From Patescibacteria group bacterium UBA5272 (GTDB taxonomy: Bacteria; Patescibacteriota; Minisyncoccia; Phycocordibacterales; UBA5272): 64,000 bases of DNA. Every line of letters starts with the position of its first letter. Within the stretch, counting starts at the first letter, position 1. Below, piece by piece: positions 18,252 through 26,918 of the stretch. The stretch is from assembly GCA_002408565.1 (NCBI GenBank), contig DHTA01000005.1:108049-172048 (forward strand). The letters are read 5' to 3'. The position numbers and the translations under genes were made by a program. The notes under the pieces are model-generated. The model saw only the letters and a list, made by a program, of their open reading frames with translations. It ran no database searches and was not told the DNA's origin.

Positions 18252-19376
18252 ATGGCTAAAAAAGATTATTATCAAATATTAGGGGTTAATAAAAGCGCTT
18301 CAAAAGACGAAATTAAGAAGTCTTTTTACAAACTTGCCTCAAAGTATCATCCAGACAAAAAAGACGGTGACGAGGCCAAATTTAAAGAAATAAACGAAGC
18401 TTATCAAGTACTCTCCAACGATCAAAAGAGAAAAGAATATGATACTTATGGCCAAACTTTTTCTGGAGCTGGTTCAAATGGGGCTGGTGGCTTTAATGGT
18501 GGACAAGGTTTTGGGGGATTTGATTTTTCTGGGTTTAAAGAAGGAGATTTTCAAGGGGCGAATTTTGATTTTGGAGATTTAGGAGATATTTTTGGAGACA
18601 TATTTGGTGGGGGAGGTTTCTCTTCTCCTTTTGGAAGACAAAAAGAAAAAAGAGGTAGAGATATGGCTATGGAAATGGATATTAATTTTGAAGAATCTAT
18701 TTTTGGAGTTGAAAAAAATGTAGTCATTACTAAAATTTCTAAATGTAAAACTTGTGTTGGTTCAGGAGCAAAACCTGGCACCAAAATGGAAACTTGTAAA
18801 AAGTGTAATGGTAAAGGAAGAGTTAGTGAAGTAAAAAGAACTATTTTTGGAGCTATGCAGTCTGAGCAAACTTGTTCAGTCTGTAATGGTAAAGGACAAA
18901 TTCCTAAAGAAAAATGTGTTACTTGTAATGGGGCTGGAGTGCTTAACGCTAAAGAAGACATAAAAATAAATATTCCAGCTGGAATTCGAAGTGGAGAAAC
19001 TATAAAAATTACTGGTATGGGTGAAGCGGTCTCTAATGGTAGAACAGGGGATTTATATGTAACCATTTTAGTCAAACCTCACAAAATCTGGAAAAGAGAA
19101 AATTATGATTTAGTAATAACTCATGACATCAAACTCACTGATATACTTTTAGGAGCTAAGCAAACTATTTCTGGTCTTGATGGAAATATTGAATTTGAAA
19201 TTCCGGCTGGCATTTCTTTAAATGAGGTTATTAGAATCAAAGGACGAGGTGTGCCTATAGCTAATAATAGAAATCAAAGAGGGGATGTCTTGATTAAATT
19301 AAATGTGCAACTTCCTAAGAAAATGAGTAAAAAATTAGAAGATTTAATTAAAGATTTAAAAAAAGAAGGACTTTAA
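18252..19376 (+). CDS. dnaJ: Chaperone DnaJ (Hsp40)
   Basis: J-domain DYYQILGV...KYHPDK, a G/F-rich region and four CxxCxGxG zinc-finger repeats. Start at the ATG encoding MAKKDYY. Confidence 0.9.
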   Translation: MAKKDYYQILGVNKSASKDEIKKSFYKLASKYHPDKKDGDEAKFKEINEAYQVLSNDQKRKEYDTYGQTFSGAGSNGAGGFNGGQGFGGFDFSGFKEGDFQGANFDFGDLGDIFGDIFGGGGFSSPFGRQKEKRGRDMAMEMDINFEESIFGVEKNVVITKISKCKTCVGSGAKPGTKMETCKKCNGKGRVSEVKRTIFGAMQSEQTCSVCNGKGQIPKEKCVTCNGAGVLNAKEDIKINIPAGIRSGETIKITGMGEAVSNGRTGDLYVTILVKPHKIWKRENYDLVITHDIKLTDILLGAKQTISGLDGNIEFEIPAGISLNEVIRIKGRGVPIANNRNQRGDVLIKLNVQLPKKMSKKLEDLIKDLKKEGL

Positions 19377-19424
19377 AAATGGCTTAAATTTTTAGTTTAA
19401 ATAAGTTATAATACTGAAGCAAAT

Positions 19425-19498
19425 TGCCCATTCGTCTAATGGTAGGACAACAGTTTCTGGCACTGTTAATTGAGGTTCGACTCCTTGATGGGCAGCCA
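19425..19498 (+). tRNA. tRNA-Gln (anticodon CUG)
   Basis: Acceptor UGCCCAU/AUGGGCA with U1:A72 (a GlnRS identity feature). Anticodon stem ACAGU/ACUGU with loop UUCUGGC. T-loop GGUUCGACUCC. A TATAAT box lies at 19407-19412. Confidence 0.85.
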
Positions 19499-19546
19499 AA
19501 TTGAGCTAGCACGAGGATATTGCTATGTGTATGCTAAAATTAATTT

Positions 19547-20854
19547 ATGAAAGAATTTGTGCCAAAGGCTAATATAGATAAAGACGGAGATAGAAAAAAT
19601 AAAGAGAGTTTAGAGGATCAAAAAATAGACTTAAAAGTTTTTATTCGAGAGATATCCAAAGAGATATCTGAGTGTGAACCAGATTCTTTAGAATTTTTTA
19701 AATTAAAAAACTCTTTTATAAAAGCCGCGCCTATATTTAGGGAAAGTATAAAAGAATATATAGAATTATCCAAAGAATATCTTTTTATCATGGATTCTGA
19801 AAAAGAAGATTATTTTAGATTGGCCGATAAATTAGACTTAATGGAAGAAGAAGATAGGGAGATATTTTTTCAGGTCTTTAGACGAGGACAGGTGTATGGG
19901 CAATTAATTGATAATATTTTAGAAAAAAAAGAATTTTATCTAAATCAAAATGAAATAGAAAGAGATAAAGAAAAGGAAGAAATAAAAGAAGCTAAAGAAG
20001 AGCTTTTAGAATTTATTTTAGAAAGATTTGGATTTTCTGAAATAGAAGTAAAAAAGCTTATCAAAAGTTGGCTCACTATAGAGGATGATGAAATTGCTCG
20101 TTGGTATGTTGCTAGAAATTTACAAAATATAAATTTTCTAGAAAATCGTGAAGTTGGCTCAGCAAAATATTTATTTGATAATTTTGGTATTAGAGGTTTC
20201 GGGAGATATGAAATTCATGAACTCAATAAACAATATAGAGAAAGAGAAAATATGGGACCATACGGAATATATTATCAGGCAGTTATGGATTGGAATGGTT
20301 CTTTTATAAACTCAGATAATTCCGAAGACTTAGGTAGAAAAATAGAAAAACAAGGTTTTCTTATGAGAATAATAGAAGCAGATGGAAAAATCGATTCAGC
20401 TAAGAGATTACTCTCTTTAAGAGACAAATATGAACAGAAAATAAAATTTATGTATGTGCACGCTCATGGCAATACAGATGTTATAGGTCTCGGAGATGAC
20501 AAGATGTCCAGCAATAGATTGTTTGAACAGAAAGACTTAAAAGGCAAAGGAGTTCAGAGAGTCAAAGATTTATTTGAAGATGATGCGGAAGTTATCTTAT
20601 CTAGTTGTCTAACCGGTGTTAAAGGTGGTCTCGCAGAAGAAATTGCAAATACTTATGGGGTGAAAGTTATAGCTGCCGATAAACCAACAGTATGTAGACC
20701 TATTTCTGTAGATATTGAAAAGACAAAAGATGGGAATAATTTAGAATTTGATATTATCTTTAATACTGTAGACCTAGAAGTTGCAGAGGAGAGAGAAGAT
20801 AAAAAAAGATCTGATTTATTAGGCACTGTTATTTATAACCCAAAAGGTAGATAA
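19547..20854 (+). CDS. Acidic hypothetical protein with a C-terminal caspase-fold-like (His...Cys) domain
   Basis: FMYVHAHGNTDVIGLGDD ... EVILSSCLTGVKGG resembles the His-Gly and hydrophobic-strand-Ser-Cys dyad of CHAT/C80/caspase-like peptidases. The N-terminal roughly 250 aa are Glu/Lys-rich and helical. Confidence 0.45.
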   Translation: MKEFVPKANIDKDGDRKNKESLEDQKIDLKVFIREISKEISECEPDSLEFFKLKNSFIKAAPIFRESIKEYIELSKEYLFIMDSEKEDYFRLADKLDLMEEEDREIFFQVFRRGQVYGQLIDNILEKKEFYLNQNEIERDKEKEEIKEAKEELLEFILERFGFSEIEVKKLIKSWLTIEDDEIARWYVARNLQNINFLENREVGSAKYLFDNFGIRGFGRYEIHELNKQYRERENMGPYGIYYQAVMDWNGSFINSDNSEDLGRKIEKQGFLMRIIEADGKIDSAKRLLSLRDKYEQKIKFMYVHAHGNTDVIGLGDDKMSSNRLFEQKDLKGKGVQRVKDLFEDDAEVILSSCLTGVKGGLAEEIANTYGVKVIAADKPTVCRPISVDIEKTKDGNNLEFDIIFNTVDLEVAEEREDKKRSDLLGTVIYNPKGR

Positions 20855-20873
20855 TATAAAATTAATCCCCTCT

Positions 20874-21602
20874 ATGAAAAACTTAAAGAAAAAATACATA
20901 CTTATAACACTTGCAATATTCTTATTGTTTGTTGCTGGTGTCTTTTATATATTTTATAATATACAAGAAAAAAAATCTGATACAACTAGCTCAGAATCTG
21001 TTAGTGTTTGGGATGCAGAAACAGCATCTTTCAAAAAATATGCTTCTTATTCTGAAATGGAAGAAGAAATGGAAAGTGAGAAACGAATAGATCTTGAAGA
21101 ATATAATAGGGCCATAAAAGGAACTGTCGTAGAGCAGATTCAAAATATAGAAATACCCTCATATGATAGTGATGAGCGCCTCTTCCGGTTAGAAGATGGA
21201 AAGATAGAAGTAAGATCTATGTCTCCAATGAAAGACGACTTATCTAAATATGCTTTACTCTGGTCTGCCTCTTTGGAAAAAAACCTAAGATCTTTTACTG
21301 TGGCTGATTTTAATAATGACGGATTGGAAGACGTTGCTCATATTATTGGATATACTGGTGGGGGTAGCGGGTATTTTTACTATCTCAATATTTTTATAAA
21401 TGAACAAGGTAAATTAAAATATCTTACTCAGCGTGAATTGGAAGATAGGATTATCATTAAGGGTCTGAAATATAGTGCTGGAGATTTTTTGCTAGATGTT
21501 ATTGCTCACGGAGAAGGGGAAGATTTTTTGGGATATTGTTGTCCAAATGTGCCTAAAACACTCACGTTTCAATTGCAAGACAATAAGTTGATAGAAAAAT
21601 AA
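20874..21602 (+). CDS. Membrane-anchored hypothetical protein with an FG-GAP-like Ca-binding motif
   Basis: N-terminal TM helix. DFNNDGLEDVAHIIGY fits the DxNxDGxxD FG-GAP/VCBS-like pattern. Confidence 0.45.
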   Translation: MKNLKKKYILITLAIFLLFVAGVFYIFYNIQEKKSDTTSSESVSVWDAETASFKKYASYSEMEEEMESEKRIDLEEYNRAIKGTVVEQIQNIEIPSYDSDERLFRLEDGKIEVRSMSPMKDDLSKYALLWSASLEKNLRSFTVADFNNDGLEDVAHIIGYTGGGSGYFYYLNIFINEQGKLKYLTQRELEDRIIIKGLKYSAGDFLLDVIAHGEGEDFLGYCCPNVPKTLTFQLQDNKLIEK

Positions 21603-21622
21603 ATTTTTTTTAAAAATAGAAT

Positions 21623-22606
21623 CTAATCCCTCACTATCACCGTAGTACCTAAAGGTGCCCATTCGTATAATTTTTGAGCGTCATCTAAAACTAAATTCAC
21701 ACAACCGTGAGACCACTGTTTACCAAATTTATCATGCCAATAAGCGCCGTGAATGGCTCCACCTTGATAAGTGAAATACATTGTCCAAGGGACTCCTGGA
21801 AGATCATAGTATTGATCTGAGATACCAGGTAAGGGTCCTTGCATATAACGAGTAGGAGTTTTTTCAAAAATATGAAAAGTGCCACGAGGGGTCGGTAAAT
21901 CATCTAGACCAGTAGAAACTAAAATTTCCATAAATAATTTTTCACCATCATAAGCGTAAAGTTTTTGTTCGCTTCGGTCTATAATTATTTTTTTCTCAGT
22001 AAGATTTTCTATTTTAGCGTCTTTCGTATATCGAGTTTTATAGCTATCAATTTCTTCTAAAAATTCGCTTGAAACATACCACTCGCTACCAGTTCTATCT
22101 GAATAACGCACCCATTCATCAAAGATTATGTGATACCATTTAATGCCATCACTTTCCGTGATTTCTCCGTCAGTTTTCAAAACCATACCATTACGCAAAG
22201 TTGTGGTTACGGGACAGTTGATGCTTGGGCAAACTCTAGCTCTCACGCAGACACCACTAAAATGAGCATCACAACTATCTATTACTTTGACATATTTTCC
22301 TTCAGAAGTGATTACGGAAGCTTTTTCAGGAATAGGAGAAGTTGTGGTGGAGGTGGTAGCGGAAATAGAGCTGCTGGTCGCCAATTCTTGGCTGTCGAGT
22401 ATAGGTTCTGTAACTTGTATAATTTCTGGATTTTGATAATAAGAGTCATTTATCTCACTATTTGAAGAAAAACTGTTTTTTGTTAAAGCGTTTGTGACTA
22501 AATAAACCAAAAGAAAAGCCAAAAAAATGGCAATAGAAATAAGTAAAACTTTTTTAATATTTGAATTAAATATTTTGTTGTAGAGTTTATTTTCTCCTTT
22601 TTTCAT
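21623..22606 (-). CDS. L,D-transpeptidase (YkuD-fold) with N-terminal TM and Ser/Thr-rich linker
   Basis: Catalytic region HGAYWHDKFGKQWSHGCVNL matches the YkuD HG...SHGC motif. N-terminal TM and an S/T-rich stretch. Confidence 0.7.
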   Translation of the reverse strand: MKKGENKLYNKIFNSNIKKVLLISIAIFLAFLLVYLVTNALTKNSFSSNSEINDSYYQNPEIIQVTEPILDSQELATSSSISATTSTTTSPIPEKASVITSEGKYVKVIDSCDAHFSGVCVRARVCPSINCPVTTTLRNGMVLKTDGEITESDGIKWYHIIFDEWVRYSDRTGSEWYVSSEFLEEIDSYKTRYTKDAKIENLTEKKIIIDRSEQKLYAYDGEKLFMEILVSTGLDDLPTPRGTFHIFEKTPTRYMQGPLPGISDQYYDLPGVPWTMYFTYQGGAIHGAYWHDKFGKQWSHGCVNLVLDDAQKLYEWAPLGTTVIVRD

Positions 22607-22621
22607 TTCTTTTTTATTTTT

Positions 22622-23140
22622 TTATTTTTTGATTTTATTATCCAACAAAGCAAAAATACTCCCTAACATTATACCAAAAAAATTACTTGTTAAATCGAGC
22701 CAAGTATCGTTCAAATTGTCAGCGAAAACTAAATTGGTATTAATTTGAATAATAAATTCTAAAATTTCGTTTAAAACACCTAAAAAAGTAACTACTAAAG
22801 CACTTAATAAAATAATTTGTAATTTATTGATTTCGACTTGGCTATCTTTAAAAGCTAAATAAGAAATTAACATTGCTAAAAAACCTCCAGCTATAGCATG
22901 TTGAAATCTGTTGGCTAATTCAGGATCTTTTATTAAAAAGACTATAGAAAAAATTGTCACCGAAGAGAGGGCTATTAAAATAAATGATTTTTTTTGAAGA
23001 GTTTGTTTGTTAATTTTTTTCTTCAAAACTAATTGCAGGGCATAATTTAAGATTATATATAAAAGTAAGTAAGCAATTGTAAAAAAAATTGAATAAATCA
23101 TACAAATCTTTATTGGCTGCCAGACCTGGAATCGAACCAA
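22622..23140 (-). CDS. VanZ-like polytopic membrane protein
   Basis: Four to five TM helices. EILEFIIQ...FADNLNDTWLDLTSNFFGIMLG fits the VanZ E-x-x-Q...D..D..N..G..LG pattern. Confidence 0.45.
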   Translation of the reverse strand: MVRFQVWQPIKICMIYSIFFTIAYLLLYIILNYALQLVLKKKINKQTLQKKSFILIALSSVTIFSIVFLIKDPELANRFQHAIAGGFLAMLISYLAFKDSQVEINKLQIILLSALVVTFLGVLNEILEFIIQINTNLVFADNLNDTWLDLTSNFFGIMLGSIFALLDNKIKK

Positions 23141-23187
23141 GATTCACAGCTTCAAAGGCTGCTGTCCTACCATTAGACGATCTGGCA
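23114..23187 (-). tRNA. tRNA-Gln (anticodon UUG)
   Basis: Reverse complement: UGCCAGA...D-arm GUCUAAUGGUAGGAC, anticodon stem GCAGC/GCUGU with loop CUUUGAA, T-loop GGUUCGAUUCC, acceptor 3' UCUGGCA-G-CCA. U1:A72 as in the other tRNA-Gln. Confidence 0.85.
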
Positions 23188-23254
23188 ATAGATAAAATAT
23201 AACACAAAGAAAGAGGGAATTCAATTTTTATTTAAAAATATATAAAAAGTAAAA

Positions 23255-23278
23255 GCTCTGACCGAAGTCGGAGCTTTT
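23255..23278. terminator. Orphan terminator-like hairpin (reads as hairpin plus U-run on both strands)
   Basis: GCUCUGAC-CGAA-GUCGGAGC followed by TTTT. No obvious upstream gene on either strand. Confidence 0.4.
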
Positions 23279-23514
23279 ACAGCGTTGCGATACGAATACC
23301 ACAACAGTACTAATATAACATAAACGAAAATAAAATGCAAGTCTTTTGAAATTATTTTCAGAAAAAAGATAATTTGTCAAATTTTTTATATTCTGCCACA
23401 AAAAAATATTTTTACTAGTTGATTTTGTTTTTAACTTTAGGCTATAATTGAAAAAACGTTTACTAAGTTTTTAGTTTCTTTTATTAAAATAATTAATTTA
23501 AAAAACACAAAGAT

Positions 23515-23745
23515 ATGACATTCATAAATGAAAATCCTATTAGAACTCCTGTAAATAATACTGAAAAAATTTTCTCTCTAAGAGATGTGCCAAAGAATGT
23601 CATAGAGAAAGCTAATACTAAATTAGAATCTTTAACTAAAAACGAAAAAGCTAAATTAGAATCTTATGGAAGTTACGGAAAAATAATACAAATGATGAGT
23701 AAAGCCTCTATTTATCGAATGGATTTTGCCCCAGCTAGAGCTTGA
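23515..23745 (+). CDS. Hypothetical protein (76 aa)
   Basis: Short ORF preceded by a TATAAT box at about 23443. No family recognised. Confidence 0.35.
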   Translation: MTFINENPIRTPVNNTEKIFSLRDVPKNVIEKANTKLESLTKNEKAKLESYGSYGKIIQMMSKASIYRMDFAPARA

Positions 23746-23816
23746 CATGTTGTGGATAAAAAATAGGAGCTTTTCTAATGCGTGATATTATAAATATATA
23801 AAAAGTATATAAAAGT

Positions 23817-24137
23817 ATGGATGATGAAATGATCAATGAGAATCGCGATTTGAACGTCGAGATCAAAAATATCTTATACAAATCCAATCTTTCTTTTGAC
23901 GAGACAAGAGCTTTTTTCGATGGTCTACAATATTTGCCAGACGAAGATAAGACTCAATTTATAGAAATTCTTTCTGAAGAGCCAGAATTGATTTATCCTC
24001 TTTATATCAATTTTAAAGCTAAGCTAAAAGCTTTAGAGGCTGAAGATCCAGAAAAAGAATGGGAACAAATTGTGGAAGACGAGCTTGCACAATTGGACGA
24101 ATATTTAGACAAAAAAGGAGGGAAAAACGATAATTAA
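23817..24137 (+). CDS. Hypothetical acidic protein (106 aa)
   Basis: Glu/Asp-rich helical ORF. No family recognised. Confidence 0.4.
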   Translation: MDDEMINENRDLNVEIKNILYKSNLSFDETRAFFDGLQYLPDEDKTQFIEILSEEPELIYPLYINFKAKLKALEAEDPEKEWEQIVEDELAQLDEYLDKKGGKNDN

Positions 24138-24140
24138 TTT

Positions 24141-24326
24141 ATGGCTAGTGTCGCAAGAATCTTATTAATTATAGGAGGAATAAATTGGGGTCTGGTAGGC
24201 CTTGGTTATTTTTTGGATAAAAAATTAAATTTTATAGATTTGTTTTCTGCTTATCATATCGATTTGCCAGCTATAATTTATTGTGTAATGGGAGCTGCAG
24301 GCATTTGGTTAATTTTTAAAAGATAA
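24141..24326 (+). CDS. DUF378-family small membrane protein
   Basis: LLIIGGINWGLVGLGYF...AIIYCVMGAAGIW matches the DUF378 two-helix GG-NWG signature. Confidence 0.6.
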   Translation: MASVARILLIIGGINWGLVGLGYFLDKKLNFIDLFSAYHIDLPAIIYCVMGAAGIWLIFKR

Positions 24327-24327
24327 T

Positions 24328-24996
24328 ATGGTATCTCTTAGTGATCTTCCGCAACCAGCAAAAAATATTGCTAGAATAGTTTTCCTTATTATAGTTATTG
24401 CTATTTTTGTGGCTATTTTCCAATTTGGAAAAGAATATTTGATTTCCAAAGGATATTTGTCATCAACTAATATTCCCAGAAAAGCTTTTATTCAAGATTT
24501 AAAATTTGATTACAAAATAATTAGAGTAGTAGACGGCGACACTTTGGAAATAAAAAGGTTGGACGGTAAAGCTGTTGAAGATGTTGAGAAAGTGATGAAG
24601 GTGAGATTAATAGGCATCAATTCTCCAGAATTAGTGGATCCTAGAAGGCCTGTAGAATGTTTTGGTAAGGAAGCTAGTGCTTACATGAAAAATGTCGCAG
24701 AGGGGAGAGTGGCAGCTTTAGAATTTGATTTTACTCAAAATAAATTTGATGACTATGGAAGACTTTTGGCTTACATTTTTGTAAAAGATTCTGGTTTGGC
24801 AGATAATAATGTTCGCTTCTTAAATGAAGAGATGATTAAAGAAGGTTATGCTTATGAATATACTTATAACTATCCTTACAAATATCAAGCTCAATTTAAG
24901 TTGTTAGAAAACACCGCTAGAATAAATTATGTCGGTCTTTGGTCTACCAATACTTGTAGTGGCTTAAAAACACCAGTAGGCTCGCCAGCGAATTAA
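24328..24996 (+). CDS. Membrane-anchored thermonuclease (staphylococcal nuclease/SNase homologue)
   Basis: N-terminal TM. VVDGDTLEI and VRLIGINSPE match the SNase Ca-binding/catalytic motifs (DGDT, R...PE). Confidence 0.7.
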   Translation: MVSLSDLPQPAKNIARIVFLIIVIAIFVAIFQFGKEYLISKGYLSSTNIPRKAFIQDLKFDYKIIRVVDGDTLEIKRLDGKAVEDVEKVMKVRLIGINSPELVDPRRPVECFGKEASAYMKNVAEGRVAALEFDFTQNKFDDYGRLLAYIFVKDSGLADNNVRFLNEEMIKEGYAYEYTYNYPYKYQAQFKLLENTARINYVGLWSTNTCSGLKTPVGSPAN

Positions 24997-25033
24997 TTTT
25001 TACTGCCGTTTTTCGATGCTATAATTATTTTAT

Positions 25034-25753
25034 ATGAAAAACTTTTTTGCTTTGATGTGGAGAAAAGGCTGGAAATTTATTTTAATTTTAATAATTATTT
25101 GGCTAATTTATTTTTTAATCACTTTCTTTTATCCTAAAGCTTTTGATTTTGTTAGAAATAAACAAATAGAAAATCCTCAAACTTCCGAGTCTTCAAATTT
25201 GGAAACAAAACCTCCTTTAAGATTAAGAATCTATAACACTCTTTTCAATAATCCCGTTTTAAAAGGTTTGACTGGACGCAACAACGCTAGCGGTACTGAA
25301 ATCTCTACAAAAAATAAAGAGCCTTATATTTGGGGATCTGAAGCTGGTTCTGCGCAAAGAAATAAAAACTTTCTAAAAGCTGAAGACCTATATGTTTTTC
25401 CAAATACTAAAGTTAATGCCGTAGCTCAAAATTTTCGTTTTGACGACGTTTTGGTTAAAGAAAATAGTGAAAATATTTTAAAAGACGGTACAATTATTAC
25501 TGGAGAAATCAATACTCATTATCTTTCTACTCCATTTTTTACAATTGATATTTATGATGCAGAAGGTGCTTTTTTATACGCGATTTCAGCTAGTGGAAGA
25601 ATTTTAGAAGATAATGAAAATCTTATAGCCTTTTCAGCTACCAATATAGCTTCCTATAATTTCTCACAATACAAAGGGGAGGGTTTTTTAGTAATTTGGA
25701 CAGACAATTTAGATGTAGAAAGTGTTTTAATTAGCCAAATAACTATTGAATAA
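25034..25753 (+). CDS. Hypothetical membrane-anchored/secreted protein (239 aa)
   Basis: N-terminal TM/signal anchor. No family recognised. Confidence 0.45.
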   Translation: MKNFFALMWRKGWKFILILIIIWLIYFLITFFYPKAFDFVRNKQIENPQTSESSNLETKPPLRLRIYNTLFNNPVLKGLTGRNNASGTEISTKNKEPYIWGSEAGSAQRNKNFLKAEDLYVFPNTKVNAVAQNFRFDDVLVKENSENILKDGTIITGEINTHYLSTPFFTIDIYDAEGAFLYAISASGRILEDNENLIAFSATNIASYNFSQYKGEGFLVIWTDNLDVESVLISQITIE

Positions 25754-25773
25754 TTTTAAGAAAGATTTTCCTC

Positions 25774-26361
25774 TTAGTCTTCGTCTTGCTCTTTTTGAGA
25801 TTCGTAAAAATTTCTTGGAGGGTTAGCATTATATTCTTCTGCTTTTACTTTAGCTTTATATTCTTGTTTAATTTCTTCTCTTAAATTACTTAGCTCTTTA
25901 TAAGAAGCTTTTTTATTTATTTTATTAAAATAAGTCTTAGCTAAAACTTCAGCTGAAAAAGCTACCCACCAATCCCAATCATCTTTTCTTAAATAATGTT
26001 CATAATAATTTGAATTTATTTGTTCGGTAATAAAAGATTCGTCCATCATTTCTTTTAATTCTTCTAAGATTTTCAGTTTTTCTTCTTTAAGGTTTTCTTT
26101 GTTTTCTCTTCTTTTTTCTCTTTCAAATTCCTCCCAGTCTTTCACCATTTGCCATTCTCTTTTTAAAGCTTCTTTTTCTTTAATTTCATGTTCTTTGGCA
26201 AAATATTTTTCCAAAGTTTCCCGAAGTTCATCTTTTAATTCAGTTCTAGCTTTAGGCAATTCAGAATCTACTATTTCTTCAATAGAAAAATGAGAAGGAT
26301 ATTTCTCTACTATTTTCTCAGGGTTTATTTTAGGTCTTGACGCTCTAAAACCTTCTAACAT
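25774..26361 (-). CDS. Hypothetical charged protein (195 aa)
   Basis: Lys/Glu-rich ORF. No family recognised. Confidence 0.45.
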   Translation of the reverse strand: MLEGFRASRPKINPEKIVEKYPSHFSIEEIVDSELPKARTELKDELRETLEKYFAKEHEIKEKEALKREWQMVKDWEEFEREKRRENKENLKEEKLKILEELKEMMDESFITEQINSNYYEHYLRKDDWDWWVAFSAEVLAKTYFNKINKKASYKELSNLREEIKQEYKAKVKAEEYNANPPRNFYESQKEQDED

Positions 26362-26364
26362 AAA

Positions 26365-26811
26365 TTATTTAATTAATTCGTCTATAGCTTCTTTTACCAA
26401 AGCTCCATCAGCAGAATCTCCAAGCTCTTTTAGCATTAAGCCAACGAATTGTCCTTTTTTAGAAGAATCAATTGGATCAGTAGCCAATTTAGCAGAAACC
26501 TTTGCTAAGATTTCTTCTTTAGACATTTGAGTTGGTAAGAATTCTTCAATGATTTTAGCTTCAGCCAATTCTCCTTCAACCAATTCTGGTCTTCCAGCGG
26601 TAGTAAATTGTTCAATGGCGTCTTTTCTTTTCTTTAATTCTCTTTTTAAAACCTTCAAAACTTCAGCGTCTTCTAAAGTGTCGGTAGGGAGTTTTTGCAT
26701 ATAAACGAGTTCGTTGGTAAGAGCGGCCGAAAGCATACGAAGCACTCCTAATCTTTCCATCTTTTTATCCATCATGGCTTGTTTAAGTTCAGCTTTAATT
26801 TTTTCTTGCAT
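26365..26811 (-). CDS. GatB/YqeY-domain protein
   Basis: MQEKIKAELKQAMMDKKMERLGVLRMLSAALTNE is the typical YqeY N-terminus. Confidence 0.7.
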   Translation of the reverse strand: MQEKIKAELKQAMMDKKMERLGVLRMLSAALTNELVYMQKLPTDTLEDAEVLKVLKRELKKRKDAIEQFTTAGRPELVEGELAEAKIIEEFLPTQMSKEEILAKVSAKLATDPIDSSKKGQFVGLMLKELGDSADGALVKEAIDELIK

Positions 26812-26901
26812 ATTTTTATTTTCTAGTTATTTTTAAGTTTTATTTTTAAATTATATCACAAAAATAAGATTTTATTTGCTTTATTTAGACAGCTTTCTTT
26901 A

Positions 26902-26910
26902 TGATATAAT
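26902..26910 (+). promoter_or_regulatory. Extended -10 promoter (TGATATAAT) for rmuC, giving a leaderless or near-leaderless mRNA
   Basis: CTTTATGATATAAT ends 8 nt before the rmuC ATG. Confidence 0.4.
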
Positions 26911-26918
26911 CTCTAAAT

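Noticed and set aside
16330-19075. Antisense ORFs inside dnaK and dnaJ (16330-16539, 16900-17280, 17277-17525, 17589-17873, 18551-19075)
   Set aside because: Shadow ORFs on the opposite strand of highly conserved chaperone genes. Low-complexity translations.
23010-23207. 65-aa ORF on the minus strand
   Set aside because: It fully overlaps tRNA-Gln(UUG), and its apparent conservation derives from the tRNA. Spurious.
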